A stretch of DNA of 64,000 nt from Tubiluchus corallicola (lineage: Eukaryota > Animalia > Priapulida): the NCBI GenBank assembly GCA_030141605.1, contig JAQGDQ010000002.1, positions 2,542,001-2,606,000 of the forward strand, read 5' to 3'. Under the pieces are notes generated by a model, which saw only the letters and a list, made by a program, of their open reading frames with translations, made no database searches and was not told the origin of the DNA. Position 1 is the first letter of the stretch; each line of letters begins with the position of its first letter. Position numbers and translations under genes: made by a program. Below, one piece after another: positions 37,510-58,942 of the stretch.

Positions 37510-37660
37510 ATAATAACTCAGGATGTATGTCCATATTTCTTTCTAACAAAATTTATTTTAACTTCTTAACACACTTCATTATTGTTAGTGCATTATGTTT
37601 ATGTAGCAAAATGAAAAAAAGGCCTAGCTTACTGTAGACTAAAACCATCTGAATTTGAGC

Positions 37661-37872
37661 GAATGTCATATCATTTCTGTTACAAATTACAACAAAAAAG
37701 GAAGTACTGTAGTTACAAGTTACGTTCTAAAAAATTGTAACTTCAGTTCTTACAGTTACAATTCCACAATTTTGCTACTACTACTAGTTACATGTATAAT
37801 TCCATTTGCTGTATAGAGCAAATAATCTTAGTAACATCCAGAATTCTACAGCCCCATGGCATTTTGCCTTCT
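37661..37872 (+). repeat. About 210-bp direct repeat, left copy (right copy 42545-42749)
   Basis: GAATGTCATATCATTTCTGTTAC...TTTTGCCTTCT occurs on both sides of the Gypsy element with a few substitutions and indels. Confidence 0.9.
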
Positions 37873-38086
37873 TGTCAGGGTCACAGAAACATCAAACAAA
37901 TGTTTAACGGCATAATTAAAAGTGTTTATTAACCCTAACATTAAAATTGGAATCAAAAGAGCTCAAACTACTATCCTAAAACGTGGTCCCGACATTAGAC
38001 AAAGACATTTCTAATTAGTGGCGCACCAAGCTTTCAATGCGCAATGACAAGCACACATTTGCTTAATAACAAGGCTGGCCCTGACA
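37873..38086 (-). mobile_element. Second LTR type (214 bp), probable 3' LTR of the Gypsy element
   Basis: TGTCAGGG...CCCTGACA inverted termini; minus-strand AATAAA at ~37925-37930; about 265 bp beyond the end of the integrase tail; begins exactly where the flanking duplication ends. Confidence 0.7.
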
Positions 38087-38350
38087 TTCGGCCATGCTCC
38101 AGTCATGTGACCTCACATGATGTACAATTCAGTTCAGGAATCACTAGGCTAACATCAATGTCAACATAATTTAGCATAGCATAACTAACATTCAAACTGG
38201 CAGAATGCAATACAAACAGCGAACAAACTTTCAAAGTTGAAATCTAAGAACAACTAGAATCAGAAGTGTGCAATACAAGTTATGTGCACCAAAATCAAAC
38301 AAAAATTTTCAAACAACAAGAATGAAACAAGCCATTTTGTCAAACTCAAG

Positions 38351-39445
38351 CTAAAGAATAATCTGTAGTCTTTTTGGCAACCTAAGATTTCTACGAGGCC
38401 TTAAATTAAAAACATGTCCATCAAAATCATCGTCTGGACTTTCAGCATTGGTGTTACTGACATCAGAATTAATACATTCATTCTCATGTTCATTACTACT
38501 AAAATTAGCATTATTAGCATCTTCTATCATATTCACATCATCTTCAGACTGATTTGGTTCATAACAGGGATATCCATGCAAAGGAGCGTAAGTGTCTTCA
38601 TCATAATCAGAATCATAACTATCACAATCAATACAAGATTTGGATTCACCGGCTTCACGGATATTAAGATTTAACTTCTTCAAGTTACGAGCACGAGGTC
38701 GTTGTATACAGTAATCAGGTTTACATTTTATCACCTTATAGGGGCCCAAATAACACTTCACAAGTTTCCTATTTGGTCCAGATATACCTCTAAAATTTAT
38801 CATTGCAACATTGTCACCCTCTTTAATGCAACATTGAGGTGTTACACTAGTCACTGAAGCATTTTGGTACTTTTCAATATTTGACATAACATTTTTATAT
38901 ACTCTAACAAATTCAGAAGCTAAAGTGTTTGCATATTATGAATAATCAAGGACTTCAAGAAGGTCTTCACAATTTAACTCACTAACAAGAGGATGCCTAG
39001 CCTCCTTTCCAAACACAAGTTTATATGGAGTCACTTGAGTAGTGCTATGGACACTAGTATTATAGGTAATCATTTGTAAATACTTGTCCCAATCACGACA
39101 GTTACTTTTCACATACTGCGTTAATGCTTCACAAAGAGTCAAATTAATCCGTTCACATTGTCCATTGCAACAAGCATGGTACACTGAAGTCCTCAATTTT
39201 TGTATACCTAACTTATCATTGATTTGCTTCACCAAATCAGATTCAAAATTTGCACCTTGATCAGTCAACAAAGTTTTAGGCACTCCATAATGACATATAA
39301 AATCAACAATACATTTAGCAACAGATTCAGCACTCTGATTACGAATAGGATACAATTCTACAAATTTAGAGAACAAGTCAGTAACAACTAAAACATATTT
39401 ATAGCCACTACTACTTAAAGGCAAAGTCAAGATATCAGCAAACAT
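38351..39445 (-). pseudogene. Gypsy integrase core and C-terminal GPY/F region (disrupted)
   Basis: YVLVVTDLFSKF...LLTDQGANFES...NGQCERIN...HSTTQVTPY, then YLGPYKVI in a separate ORF. Confidence 0.9.
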
Positions 39446-39462
39446 CTGTTCAAACTTATCAC

Positions 39463-41240
39463 CTAGTACTTAATAGTTCCACGAGCTTCACGTTGTGGTC
39501 TGGCTTCACGCTTCACTAAAGCACTTCCATGACAATTTCTGATGAACGTACGAACACTATTGGTTAAACCATACCAATAATACAATGGTGTAATTCGTCC
39601 TATCGTTTTTCTTACAGCAAAGTGAGCAGATAATACATGATCATGAGCAAGAGAAATAACACGATCTCTAAGCACTGGTGGCACAAGTTTCTGTGGGGAA
39701 CCATACCCACTTGATTGTCTTATAATTTCGCCATTCACTACAGACAATTTATCTTTTTCACGAAGATAATATCTCAGTTCATCTGAGTCAGGCTGGTCAG
39801 ACATGTGCTTCACACCTTGCACCTCATCACAAAGCCAGGCGAACACAAGATCATTAGTCACAGCTTCCACAATTGACTGGCACTCAGTCACATCTTTAGT
39901 CGTACGCACGTGACTCAATGCGTCTGCATGAGGAATCATTTTTCCAGGAAGTACCTCAAAGTCATATTGATTCAACCATAGCAACCATCTAACAAGTCGG
40001 TTAGGAGGGTCTTTCTGGCGCTTCAACCACGAAAGAGCCTGATGATCTGTCACAGCAACGAAAGGTTTTCCAAGCAAATAATGACGAAATTTATCTATTC
40101 CATTTTTCAAAGCAAGGAGCTCAAGCTCCGTAGTTGAACACTTCTGCTGCCACGGAGAATATTTTCCAGAAGCATAAGAGATAACGTACTCTTCTTTACC
40201 AGATCCTTGGGACAAAACAGCTCCCCATCCTGTTTTGCAGGCATCAGTTGTCAAGATGAACTTTCTATCAGGATTAGGATGTCTAAGAATAGGCTCACTC
40301 ATCATTCTTCTCTTTAATTCATCGAAGGCATGTTGGCATTCAAGACTCCACAAGAATGGCACATCTTTGCGAGTCAGATCAGTAAGCGGCTTTGCAATCA
40401 CAGCAAAGTCCTTCACAAAATGACGAAAATAAGAGCAAAATCCATGAAATTGACGTACTTCATGAACATTTACAGGACCGGCCAGTTTTTAATAGCAAGC
40501 ACTTTGTCTTCGGTAGGTTGGATACCCTTTCTACTAACACGATGACCAAGGAAATCCACTTCTTCACATGCAAATTTACACTTGTCCATACCAAGTTTTA
40601 AATTGTACTGTTGAAATCTCTGCAATATAGCACGTAAATCATCAACATGTTGTTCAAAAGTTGGGCTTACAATTAAGCAATCATCAATATAGATCAAAGC
40701 TGTTGTACCTAGCCCTTGCAAGATATGGTACATCATACGTTGAAAGCTTCCAGGCATATTAGATAGACCTAACGGACAGACATTAAATTCATAAAGCCCA
40801 TCTTCAACTACAAATGCAGATTTTTCTCTTGAAGATTTTTCCAAGGGCAACTGGAAATATCCAGACTTTTGGTCAACTAATGTAAACCAGCCAGCATTGC
40901 CAGCACTACACTTTGCAAGCAATTCATCCATCCGGGACAAAGGGTGACTGTCCTTCTTCGTTACACTATTCAACTTAATGTAATTCACGCAAAATCTATA
41001 TGCATTATTCTTTTTACAAACAAGAATCATTGGACTGGCCCACGGTGACTGTGATTCAGAAATTATACCTCTTTCAAGCATGGTGTCAATCTGATTTTGC
41101 ACTTCAGCACGAAGGTGCACAGGACACCTGTAAGGCTTCTGTTTTATAGGCAGTCCAGCCATTTCTATTACATGTTCACACTGAGACACATGTCCCAATT
41201 CACCATCGACAGAGAACACATCAGAAAATTCATTGAACAA
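39463..41240 (-). pseudogene. Gypsy reverse transcriptase / RNase H (frameshifted)
   Basis: PIKQKPYR, SPWASP, YRFCVNY, YIDD, FLGH, then IAKPLTDLT, TDAC, DHQAL, ADALS across two ORFs. Confidence 0.92.
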
Positions 41241-41511
41241 ACAACTTTTCCATCACGGCACGTTTGGAATCATCAAGGTGATCAAACTTTATACCAGATT
41301 TAAATTTCTTGTGACGCTTCAAGTCATTCATACTTGCAGGCTTTGCACATGGCGCATCTAGCACATCAACAATTTCTACAGTTTCCAATGATCCTAAACA
41401 AGCTCCATCTTTTACTTTGACAGGATCATCTGTCACGTTGCACATTCGAACAAGCATAACATCTGCACTTGTCATACATCCTCGAGCAATGAAAAGACCA
41501 CTGTCCCTCCA

Positions 41512-42318
41512 TTAATTTTCAGGGTTCAACATATATGCTTCATCACTAGACATAGTACGCCTTGTCACAAATGGCTGAGTCACACAAGCAGGAATCACAG
41601 CTTCACTATGAGGTTCAACACAAACTGTTTCTCGGCAAACAACTGTTGGCGAGTCAATGGCAACCACTTTCGAAGACATTTTCACTAAACCAGTAGCATG
41701 GTTTACCTCGCATTTAGATTTTTGTAGAAAGTCTCTACCCAAAATGACAGAGTCAGTGATACTGCCTACCACGCAGTTCAAGGTCACAGATTGATCAATA
41801 CTTGGCAAATGAAAGTCAATTACAACATCACCATAGTCATGTAATTTCAAACTTCTATGTGCAGTAGCTAAACGTGAGTGACTCACCGTAGCTTTGACAT
41901 CACATATGAGGTCAGCTTTCTTCGCCATGTCAACACTAATTACGGTACGTTCACTACCGGAATCAATAATTGCTGGACATTTAACACCATTGACCAACAA
42001 CTCAACAACCAGACAATCCACACCAAGACATCGATTTACAGTACCAGATGTTTTCACACCTGAGCACTTTGATTGATTGTCACGGCTCTTATTGCAGTTT
42101 TCAGCAATATGGCCAAGTAAATGACACTTGTGGCACTGTATCTTACAGTTCTCAGCAGTGTGCCCGACAAGGGTACATGAAGAACATCGCTTTGCAAACT
42201 TGGATCGACCGCTTTGAGCATTAGGCTTGTCACGAGCACTAATCTCACCTTTCACTGTGGCACAGTCTCTCGCGAAGTGTCCTTTGCCATTACCAAGGAT
42301 CCTGTCGACTGCACCCAA
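41512..42318 (-). pseudogene. Gypsy gag nucleocapsid (zinc knuckles) plus aspartic protease; capsid region missing
   Basis: KGHFARDC, CSSCTLVGHTAENC, CHKCHLLGHIAENC, AIIDSGSERTVIS, ILGRDFL. Confidence 0.88.
42299..42317 (-). promoter_or_regulatory. Primer-binding site, tRNA-Ser-like
   Basis: Minus strand TGGGTGCAGTCGACAGGAT lies 4 nt after the LTR end and resembles the complement of a metazoan tRNA-Ser 3' end (ATCCTG.CGACT.CGCCA), recalled from memory. Confidence 0.6.
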
Positions 42319-42321
42319 ATT

Positions 42322-42542
42322 TGTTTTGTTTTGTTTCTCTTGGAAGGCTCGTAGGGAAAACCAAAAAACACATTGTCAAATTAAACAGCTCTATTGTGTG
42401 AGAATTCTACAACACCAAGTATGAAGGAATGTAAATTATACACAGTCGAGTGATAGGAAAATAGCATACGATAATCTGAGAATCTGAGATTAATGTGAGA
42501 CTACAAGAATGTGAGAACAAACTTATGCGGCCAGCTCTGCCT
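42322..42542 (-). mobile_element. Truncated type-1 LTR (R/U5 half only)
   Basis: Aligns by eye with 36892-37103 (GAAGGCTC...GTCAAATTAAACAGCT...GTGATAGGAAAATAGCATACG...CTTATGCGGCCAGCTC) and is cut off just before the TATA box. Confidence 0.88.
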
Positions 42543-42544
42543 AT

Positions 42545-42749
42545 GAATGTCATATCATTTCTGTTACAAATTACAACAAAAAAGGAAGTACTGTAGTTAC
42601 AGTTACAAGTTACATTCTAAAAAATTATAACTTCAGTTCTTACAGTTACAATTCCACAATTTTGCTACTAGTTACATGTATAATGCTGTATAGAGCAAAT
42701 AATCTTAGTAATATCCAGAATTCTACAGCCCTGTGGTATTTTGCCTTCT
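42545..42749 (+). repeat. About 205-bp direct repeat, right copy of 37661-37872
   Basis: Same sequence as the left copy; continues into unique DNA (CTTCT|ACTTT). Confidence 0.9.
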
Positions 42750-42960
42750 ACTTTAAATTCAATGAATTTCTAGTGTCATTTGTAATTGTTGCATATTATA
42801 GATATCTTTTTAACTACTAAAAAGTAAAAACCGTATCTAATTTTATTTTATTAGCTGTGTGCTTATATCCTAAAAGCTGTGAAAGCTTTAAGAAGTTTTC
42901 TTCAAATTTTCCCTAAAAATTGTGAATGCTTTAATAAATTCTCTTAAAATTTACCCTAAT

Positions 42961-43910
42961 ATACACAATAATAATCATGGTTGATTACCATGGAACACTG
43001 CAAACACTCTGGTTGCTTGTGTAAAATTTTGAATAATGCATGCCTTGAACTTGAAAACCATGGCATTCATGAATTACTCGAAGGCTAATACCAATAATTA
43101 TAGCTTCCTGGTAGAAGAGCTAATAAATTGTAAGCTGATATTTTTAGCGTTTCTGTAATGCTGCTAGTGCTTGCCTTATTTTGTGCTAGTATTTGGCAAA
43201 CATGCTTTTTTGATAAAGAAGAAAAGCAGGTTTCGTCAAATTAGGATTTCCCGTACTACTAGCATGGGAACAACGTGGGAAAATCTGAAAGGCAAAATAT
43301 CGAACAGAGGAATAGAATGCTTAAACGCAGATTTAAATGGGTGATTTTTGCGTTGAGGTCAAATGAAGATTATCTTTTTATTAAAGTATTCGCGAGTCGG
43401 TTTATCACTTGTAATTTGTTATGGTAAGATTAGGAACTAGTAGTAGTAAAAAGTTGGCAAGTGGATCTTACTTTAAGAAATTCTCTTCAAATTTTCCTTA
43501 ATAATAATATACATAATAATAATCATGGTTGATTACCATGGAACACTGCAAACACTCTGGTTGCCTGTGTAAAATTTTGAATAATGCATGCCTTGAACTT
43601 GAAAATCATAGGATTTATGAATTACTCTAAGGCCAATACTGGCAATAGGCAATACCAATATGCAATAATTATAGCTTGTGGCAGAAGAGCTAATAAATTG
43701 TATGCTGATATTTTTAGTGTTTCTGTAGTGCTGCTAGTGCTTGCCTTATTTTGTGCTAGCATTTGGCAAACATGCTTTTTTGATAAAGAAGAAAAGCAGG
43801 TTTCGTCAAATTAGGATTTCCCGTACTACTAGCATGGGTACAACGTGGGAAATATGTGAAAGACAAAATATCGAACAGAGGTACAGAATGCTTAAACGCA
43901 GATCTAATTG
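42961..43910 (+). repeat. Local tandem duplication of about 400 bp (copies ~42961-43341 and ~43508-43910)
   Basis: AATAATCATGGTTGATTACCATGGAACACTGC...GAAAAGCAGGTTTCGTCAAATTAGGATTTCCCGTACTACTAGCATGGG...CTTAAACGCAGAT occurs twice. Confidence 0.9.
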
Positions 43911-44678
43911 GCGGCCATTACTTATATTCTAAGCACACACGCTGAGTCTATGCTTTATCAAATTCAAGAATATGACAGTACATGGTAAGCATGTGACACA
44001 ACTGACAACAAACTGTGTGAGCAACAGTACTTTCTCTAACTAGTAGTAGACACTAGCAGTACAGCGTCTTATCTCAGGCATGTGTGCATGGCCGCATGCA
44101 CACAATAGCCAAACACCAAGTTGCTGGAGCTGCAAGTGCACTGAGCTAGGCTTTGAAGCAAACAGTACTACCCTCATGTGCTCCGGTTCCGTATAAGTAT
44201 AAAGAAAGAACTAAAGCAAAACCTTACTATATTGAATATTATCGGTAATATTAAGTGAAAATAAGGGGTGCCCCGATGTTTTCTTTCATATATTTCATTA
44301 TTGGTATTTGATTATTGTACAAGTTTATAGTCTAGTTTGTAATTTGGTGTATAGGTAGTGGTAAACAAAAAATGAATATATCTGTGTCTCAAACAAAAGA
44401 TAAACTCTGCAACGTTAGCCCTGATTGGAAAGATATCAAAACAATTTTGCAAGCAAAGAAGTAATCTGTTACAAACCTTTCAAGGGAACACATATTGCTA
44501 GAAAATGCATTTCCTTCATACTTCATGTTTACTTTATTCGTTGCTATAAAACTTGTAAACACTTAAGTTATTATACCTAGTGAGTAGCAGATGAACCTGT
44601 TCTTTGCAAAAAGACTGGTTTAATCATCGGATTACATGGATGGATGTTTACGGTTTAATTTTTTATATGTTTTAGACA

Positions 44679-54473
<9,795 letters not shown>

Positions 54474-54802
54474 ATTTTTGTCTGCCAAGCCATTATTGTA
54501 AGGCATACTCATTTTTTATGCAGACCAAAGGTAATCGAGATAATTATATTGGTTGGAATGCATTATTTTGACATGGTGCAATTGTTAAACATGATGATGT
54601 TCACAAAAAATTTATATCTAAGAAATTTTGCTTGTTCAGTTACAATCAAAATTTGTATATGCAGTTTTTTTAATATCTATTGTCTGACAGTGATCACAAA
54701 ACTGACATATGTTTAGGCTGATGATCTGACCAACTGTTATTATTGTGATTTTATCAATTGAGATATATTTTTTATCTTTGCATAGTTTGTAAAACTACAA
54801 TA

Positions 54803-55308
54803 CAGTGGCCGCCGCTTATTGTGGACACCTCGGGCCAGCAGTGTATGTCCATATTAAGCGGCTGTCCATATTAAGCGAAGTGACCCATGAAGACCCTTCC
54901 CCTTCATTAAAAAAGGCAAAAAACTGTCTGTATCAACTCGTCTCCTGTTTTATTGAAAAAAAGAAGTCAGACGAGTTTGTTTGGCAGGAAACTTTTCTCT
55001 CAACCTTGAACGGAAGGAAGTTACACAGTTTCGAAGCTCTGAAGGCCACGGCAAACGGCGAACTGACTGATGCAATGACTCACACAGGCAGCAGAGCGGG
55101 AAGCTCTTTTCAATCACACGCGCAGGCCGTGGTTGGCACGGCTGGTTCACGTTATATGACCTTACGTTATAGGTTCGCTGTCCATATTAAGCGGCGGTTG
55201 TCCATATTAACCGGCGGATTTTATTAGGGGAAAATTCCGTCCCTCGCGAGTTGTCCACAATAACCGGCTGTCCACAATAACCGTGTCCATAATAAGCGGC
55301 GGCCACTG
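54803..55308. mobile_element. Tc1/mariner (pogo/Tigger-like) MITE, 506 bp
   Basis: 26-bp TIRs CAGTGGCCGCCGCTTATTGTGGACAC / GTGTCCATAATAAGCGGCGGCCACTG (1 mismatch); TA TSD on both sides; repeated subterminal TGTCCA(T/C)A(T/A)TAA(G/C)CG motifs. Confidence 0.92.
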
Positions 55309-55900
55309 TATTTGAAAGATATTGAACGTTATGACTCACTGTAAATTTGGAAAACTGCTCATTTCACTTACAAATCTGCTAATGTTTGGAGAATGTTCTA
55401 TAATATTATTAGGGTTTACCAATCAATAAAGTAACGATGTTATCACATGAAAAAAGCTGTTTGTTGGTATCATATATATACATATATATATATATGATAA
55501 AAATAATTTTCACTTAACTTTACAATAAATGAAATGTCGTCGTCATTCTACACACTGTAATTTGAAATCTGTACAAGTTTCTATTTGGTAATTGCCTCCA
55601 TCTGTGTTACCTGAGCCTAGCAGTTTCATGGAAACAAATTGCAGTAGGTTGATACAATGATCTCGTGTTAACAGAACTTCCTAATACTGCTGCCTGTAGT
55701 ACTGTCCACTTTGCAGTGATGAACCATTTTTTTGTACCAAGCTTCAAGCTTGCCATCAATAATAATTTCTGTAGATAAAAAGAATCTCGGCAAGATTGCC
55801 ACAGCTTGTAACCTCTAATAACATTTGCATTGACATTATGTAAAACACCTGTGGCAGATTATAATAGGCATTGCAAGCAGTGCCTCTTTAAACACTACTC

Positions 55901-57363
55901 CTATTCTCTTTGCAAGCTACTCTCCTGTTGTGGCATAGCTTGAATAAGCATCTGGATTCTTTCTAGTACAATTTCATTGGTGCTCTGACAGTCTGCTACT
56001 CCATAAGGGGGAAAAATGGTCACAGCATCCATAATTGTAAAAACACTGTCATGCTCTCCTGTCACTGCATAGGGGACTCTATTCTGTGTTAGCCAAGCTT
56101 TCAGTTTCTGGCTTTTCTCTTCCAGATTCTTTGCATCTTCTGTGGCAGGCTTATTTCGAAACAGTTTGTCCAAGAATTGTTTCAATGATGGTGTGGCATC
56201 ATTAAGAACCGTTACATTTCTTACAGCATGTCCAAGAATGAGATGTAAGCAGTCTGGTTGATGTGACTCATCCAGAGTAACGAGCACGAAACTGAAATAC
56301 AATTAAATTAACACACATTATTATAGTAGGCCTGAATTGCAAAATATTACAGTTTGCAATAAAGCAAAATGGAAACGTGATTTAGTGAATTATATAAACA
56401 TGCAGTGCTTAAAGTGCGCTGGGACTGTCAGAGTCGCAAACCCGGAATTTGAGTTAGACCCTGCACCTAAAGAAAAACAGTCTTGTGAGGTAGCGCATTT
56501 AGTTTTCTCACCGTTTAAATGCTATGAGCCTATTCATAACACGTTAATAGTGCAATTTCTGTCTTTCATTCAGCAAAATTGAACTGCAGATGCCAATTGT
56601 TACAATGGGCACAAATAGTTTTTTTGTACTGAGCTGCTGCGACCGCTTTATGATAACATGCTGCAACTTCTCAGGAAAAAAGAAAAAGGATAAGTGAAGA
56701 GTTAATTCATTTTACTGCAACTTATTTTGCTTTAGACTTGAAAAGTTAGGTGCAGCAAAATTTAGTTGTAATCTGTTGGCATGATTGTCTTTGGCGGAAG
56801 TATGTCAACATGTAAATTGGAGCTAGTGCTTCGTTTGCTTAGTGATTACTTATAGTTGATTTGATTAGAATATGATTTGAATAGGCCCAGACTTATACTG
56901 GGTAATTTATAAAAGCTACATGAAGAAAACTAGTTAATTATTGATAAAAAGCAATTTAATTCCCATTCCATCACAAATCATTTTAGTGGGTAGTTAATAG
57001 TTTCTTTCAAAATTTGCTTTTTTGCATCTTTGTTTGTTAACCATTGAATTATTGAAAGCATTTATTTTGTATTTGCGTTGATGTAAAATAAACAATCTCA
57101 ATCTTGGAATTTTGAAAAAAATCTTCTGACGATGTGCATCGTGGCGCAATGAAAATTTCTGTAAATTGAATTAAATAGACTGATAATACCAGGCACATGT
57201 ACCTTTCACTAACTGGATCCACTGTGTATACCCAGCCCACGTATGCTTTATCTTCAAGAGTTTTCACTTCCACCAACTTGTAAACGTATTCTTTTAACTG
57301 AGAAACATCTTGGTTAAATATTTGATGCTTTTTCTCGTTTGAAAAATTTTCTTCTATCGACAT
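55901..57363 (-). CDS. GEMIN6: Gem-associated protein 6 (SMN complex, Sm-like fold); 2 exons, 183 aa
   Basis: Exons 57203-57363 and 55901-56291 (phase 2, GT-AG, 552 nt). Motifs YVYKLVEV...GWVYTVDPVSESFVLV...ILGHAV, LKAWLTQNRVP, IFPPYG..DCQSTNEIVLERIQ.LI. Confidence 0.92.
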
Positions 57364-57463
57364 GGTGTTCTACTTTAACAACATCCATATTCGGCATCAC
57401 ATTTTTGAAGCGGGAATTGATGGCTAATGTCGAAATGCAATGGACACTGAGCTTGCGATTTGT

Positions 57464-57479
57464 TTAGCAGGTGGCAGCA
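57464..57479 (+). promoter_or_regulatory. CTCF-like motif about 100 bp upstream of the GEMIN6 ATG
   Basis: TTAGCAGGTGGCAGCA resembles the CTCF core CCAGCAGGTGGC(A/G)C; binding is not shown. Confidence 0.4.
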
Positions 57480-58270
57480 CCCTACAATAAATAGTGTACT
57501 GCTCGCACGTGTTTTAAAATTAGCAGGTAACTAGGTACAGTTACAGTATTGCCACCTTTCTCGTCTCTTTGGCATTTCTAACATTTTTTTACTTTCGACA
57601 GCTTAACATTGTTCTGTTGTTTTTGCTCTTATTTTAAAAATTCTTTAAATTACCCTGTTATTAGTCTACTCTACAATTCACACTAACCTGAGAAGGGTAG
57701 CTGACTTGATGACCAATTGGTCTTTCGCTACCTTTTCTCCTACACACCAACTCTTTCCTTTATGCATAATTTATCCTGTTTAATTAATAACTATAGCATT
57801 AATAGCCTATTTGTATTCTGGTGTAAATGAGGAGGTAAATGTCTATGCCTATATTTTAAGTTTATCTGTCATTTTATATTAAAGATCTTCCATTTCTGCT
57901 TTATTAGCATGTTTGCCCTATTTTAAAGCTCAAGAAAATCCTCCACTTACATAAAGCTTAAAAAATCGTCTTGAAATTTTATACTACTGACTTAATGCCT
58001 TTTTACATGCGTCGGCAGTAATGCTGTATAAAACTTGCAAATTTAAGCGACGACCATTAGACACAACCATTTTAATGGTAGGTCATTTGAAACAAGTTTT
58101 GATAACATTGCGTGAAGTCTGAAAAACTAATCAGAGCATGTGTAATACACACATTACTAACTAAGGAAAAAATTGAATTACTGTATTTGTCAATAAGATT
58201 AAAAATAAGTTTTTGATTAGCGAGTAATGCGCCCTGAAAGGTGAGCCAGCGACATTTTACCAGTTGGCAC

Positions 58271-58780
58271 CAGACATGGACAGATAGTGGATTTGCAGTC
58301 ATGCGGTTGCAGTATGTACATTAATTTTGAGAATAGTGAATTCATTGCGGACTGCGGATTTTTAATGCCTAAAATCTCGGATTTTAAGCGAAATTGCAGC
58401 ATGTAAAGCCACTTATGTTAAGTAAATTTTCAAGTGTTTGTTTTTGATGGTTTATGATGTGCTGTGATGGGTATGATATGGTCAAGTGATATACTATGCA
58501 CATCATGCTGTGTGTTTTGACATTGAATGTTTACAAGCAAAATTGGGGTCTGACTAGTAATTTATTATTGATTCGCGATTATAACTCCTAGCTTCATATT
58601 AAGAAATGGTTTTTAACAATGGGGCACACATACCAAGCCTAGTTAATTTATTGCCTACATTTTTGTGTATACAAGGATATTCAAGTTTCACTCAATCTGC
58701 GGATTTTGCAGATGCGGATATTTACAATTGCAGATTTTGCGGTTGAGGATAAACAAGAAAGTGATATCTGCCCATCTCTG
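58271..58780. mobile_element. hAT-type MITE between the divergent GEMIN6 and ARV1 starts
   Basis: TIRs CAGACATGGACAGATA / TATCTGCCCATCTCTG (14/16); 8-bp TSD GTTGGCAC / ATTGGCAC (7/8); subterminal TGCGGA repeats. Confidence 0.8.
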
Positions 58781-58923
58781 ATTGGCACGAACCTTTTTAT
58801 TTTTCGTTACGTAAGTCTTTCCAGCAGGTAAGCGAAATGCTAAGTAATATATATATGCATGGAAAGTTTTTTGGGACATAATTTAACATTGCCCTTTCTT
58901 CCCCTAATTTACGTTTGCATAGG

Positions 58924-58942
58924 TGACGTCATGAATGGCGCC
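58924..58942 (+). promoter_or_regulatory. CRE palindrome plus YY1-like motif near the probable ARV1 start
   Basis: TGACGTCA (58924-58931) followed by AATGGCGCC. A donor GTGAGT at 58999 and an acceptor ending at 59179 suggest a 5'UTR intron. Confidence 0.45.

Larger units (their letters stand above)
37873..42544 (-). mobile_element. Decayed Ty3/Gypsy LTR retrotransposon (gag zinc knuckles-PR-RT-RNase H-IN), frameshifted and internally deleted
   Basis: Domain order on the minus strand: CCHC knuckles and protease AIIDSGS (41512-42318), RT SPWASP...IYIDD (40470-41240), RNase H TTDAC...ELELLA...TDHQAL (39463-40416), integrase core (38936-39445), GPY motif (38351-38887). Several frame breaks. Confidence 0.95.

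Noticed and set aside
37661-37872. The 210-bp flanking repeats as the element's true LTRs
   Set aside because: They lack TG...CA termini, an adjacent PBS and a TSD; proper LTR-like sequences lie inside them.
54805-55227. 140-aa ORF as a transposase or gene
   Set aside because: Lies within the MITE, starts inside the TIR and has no DDE or HTH motif.
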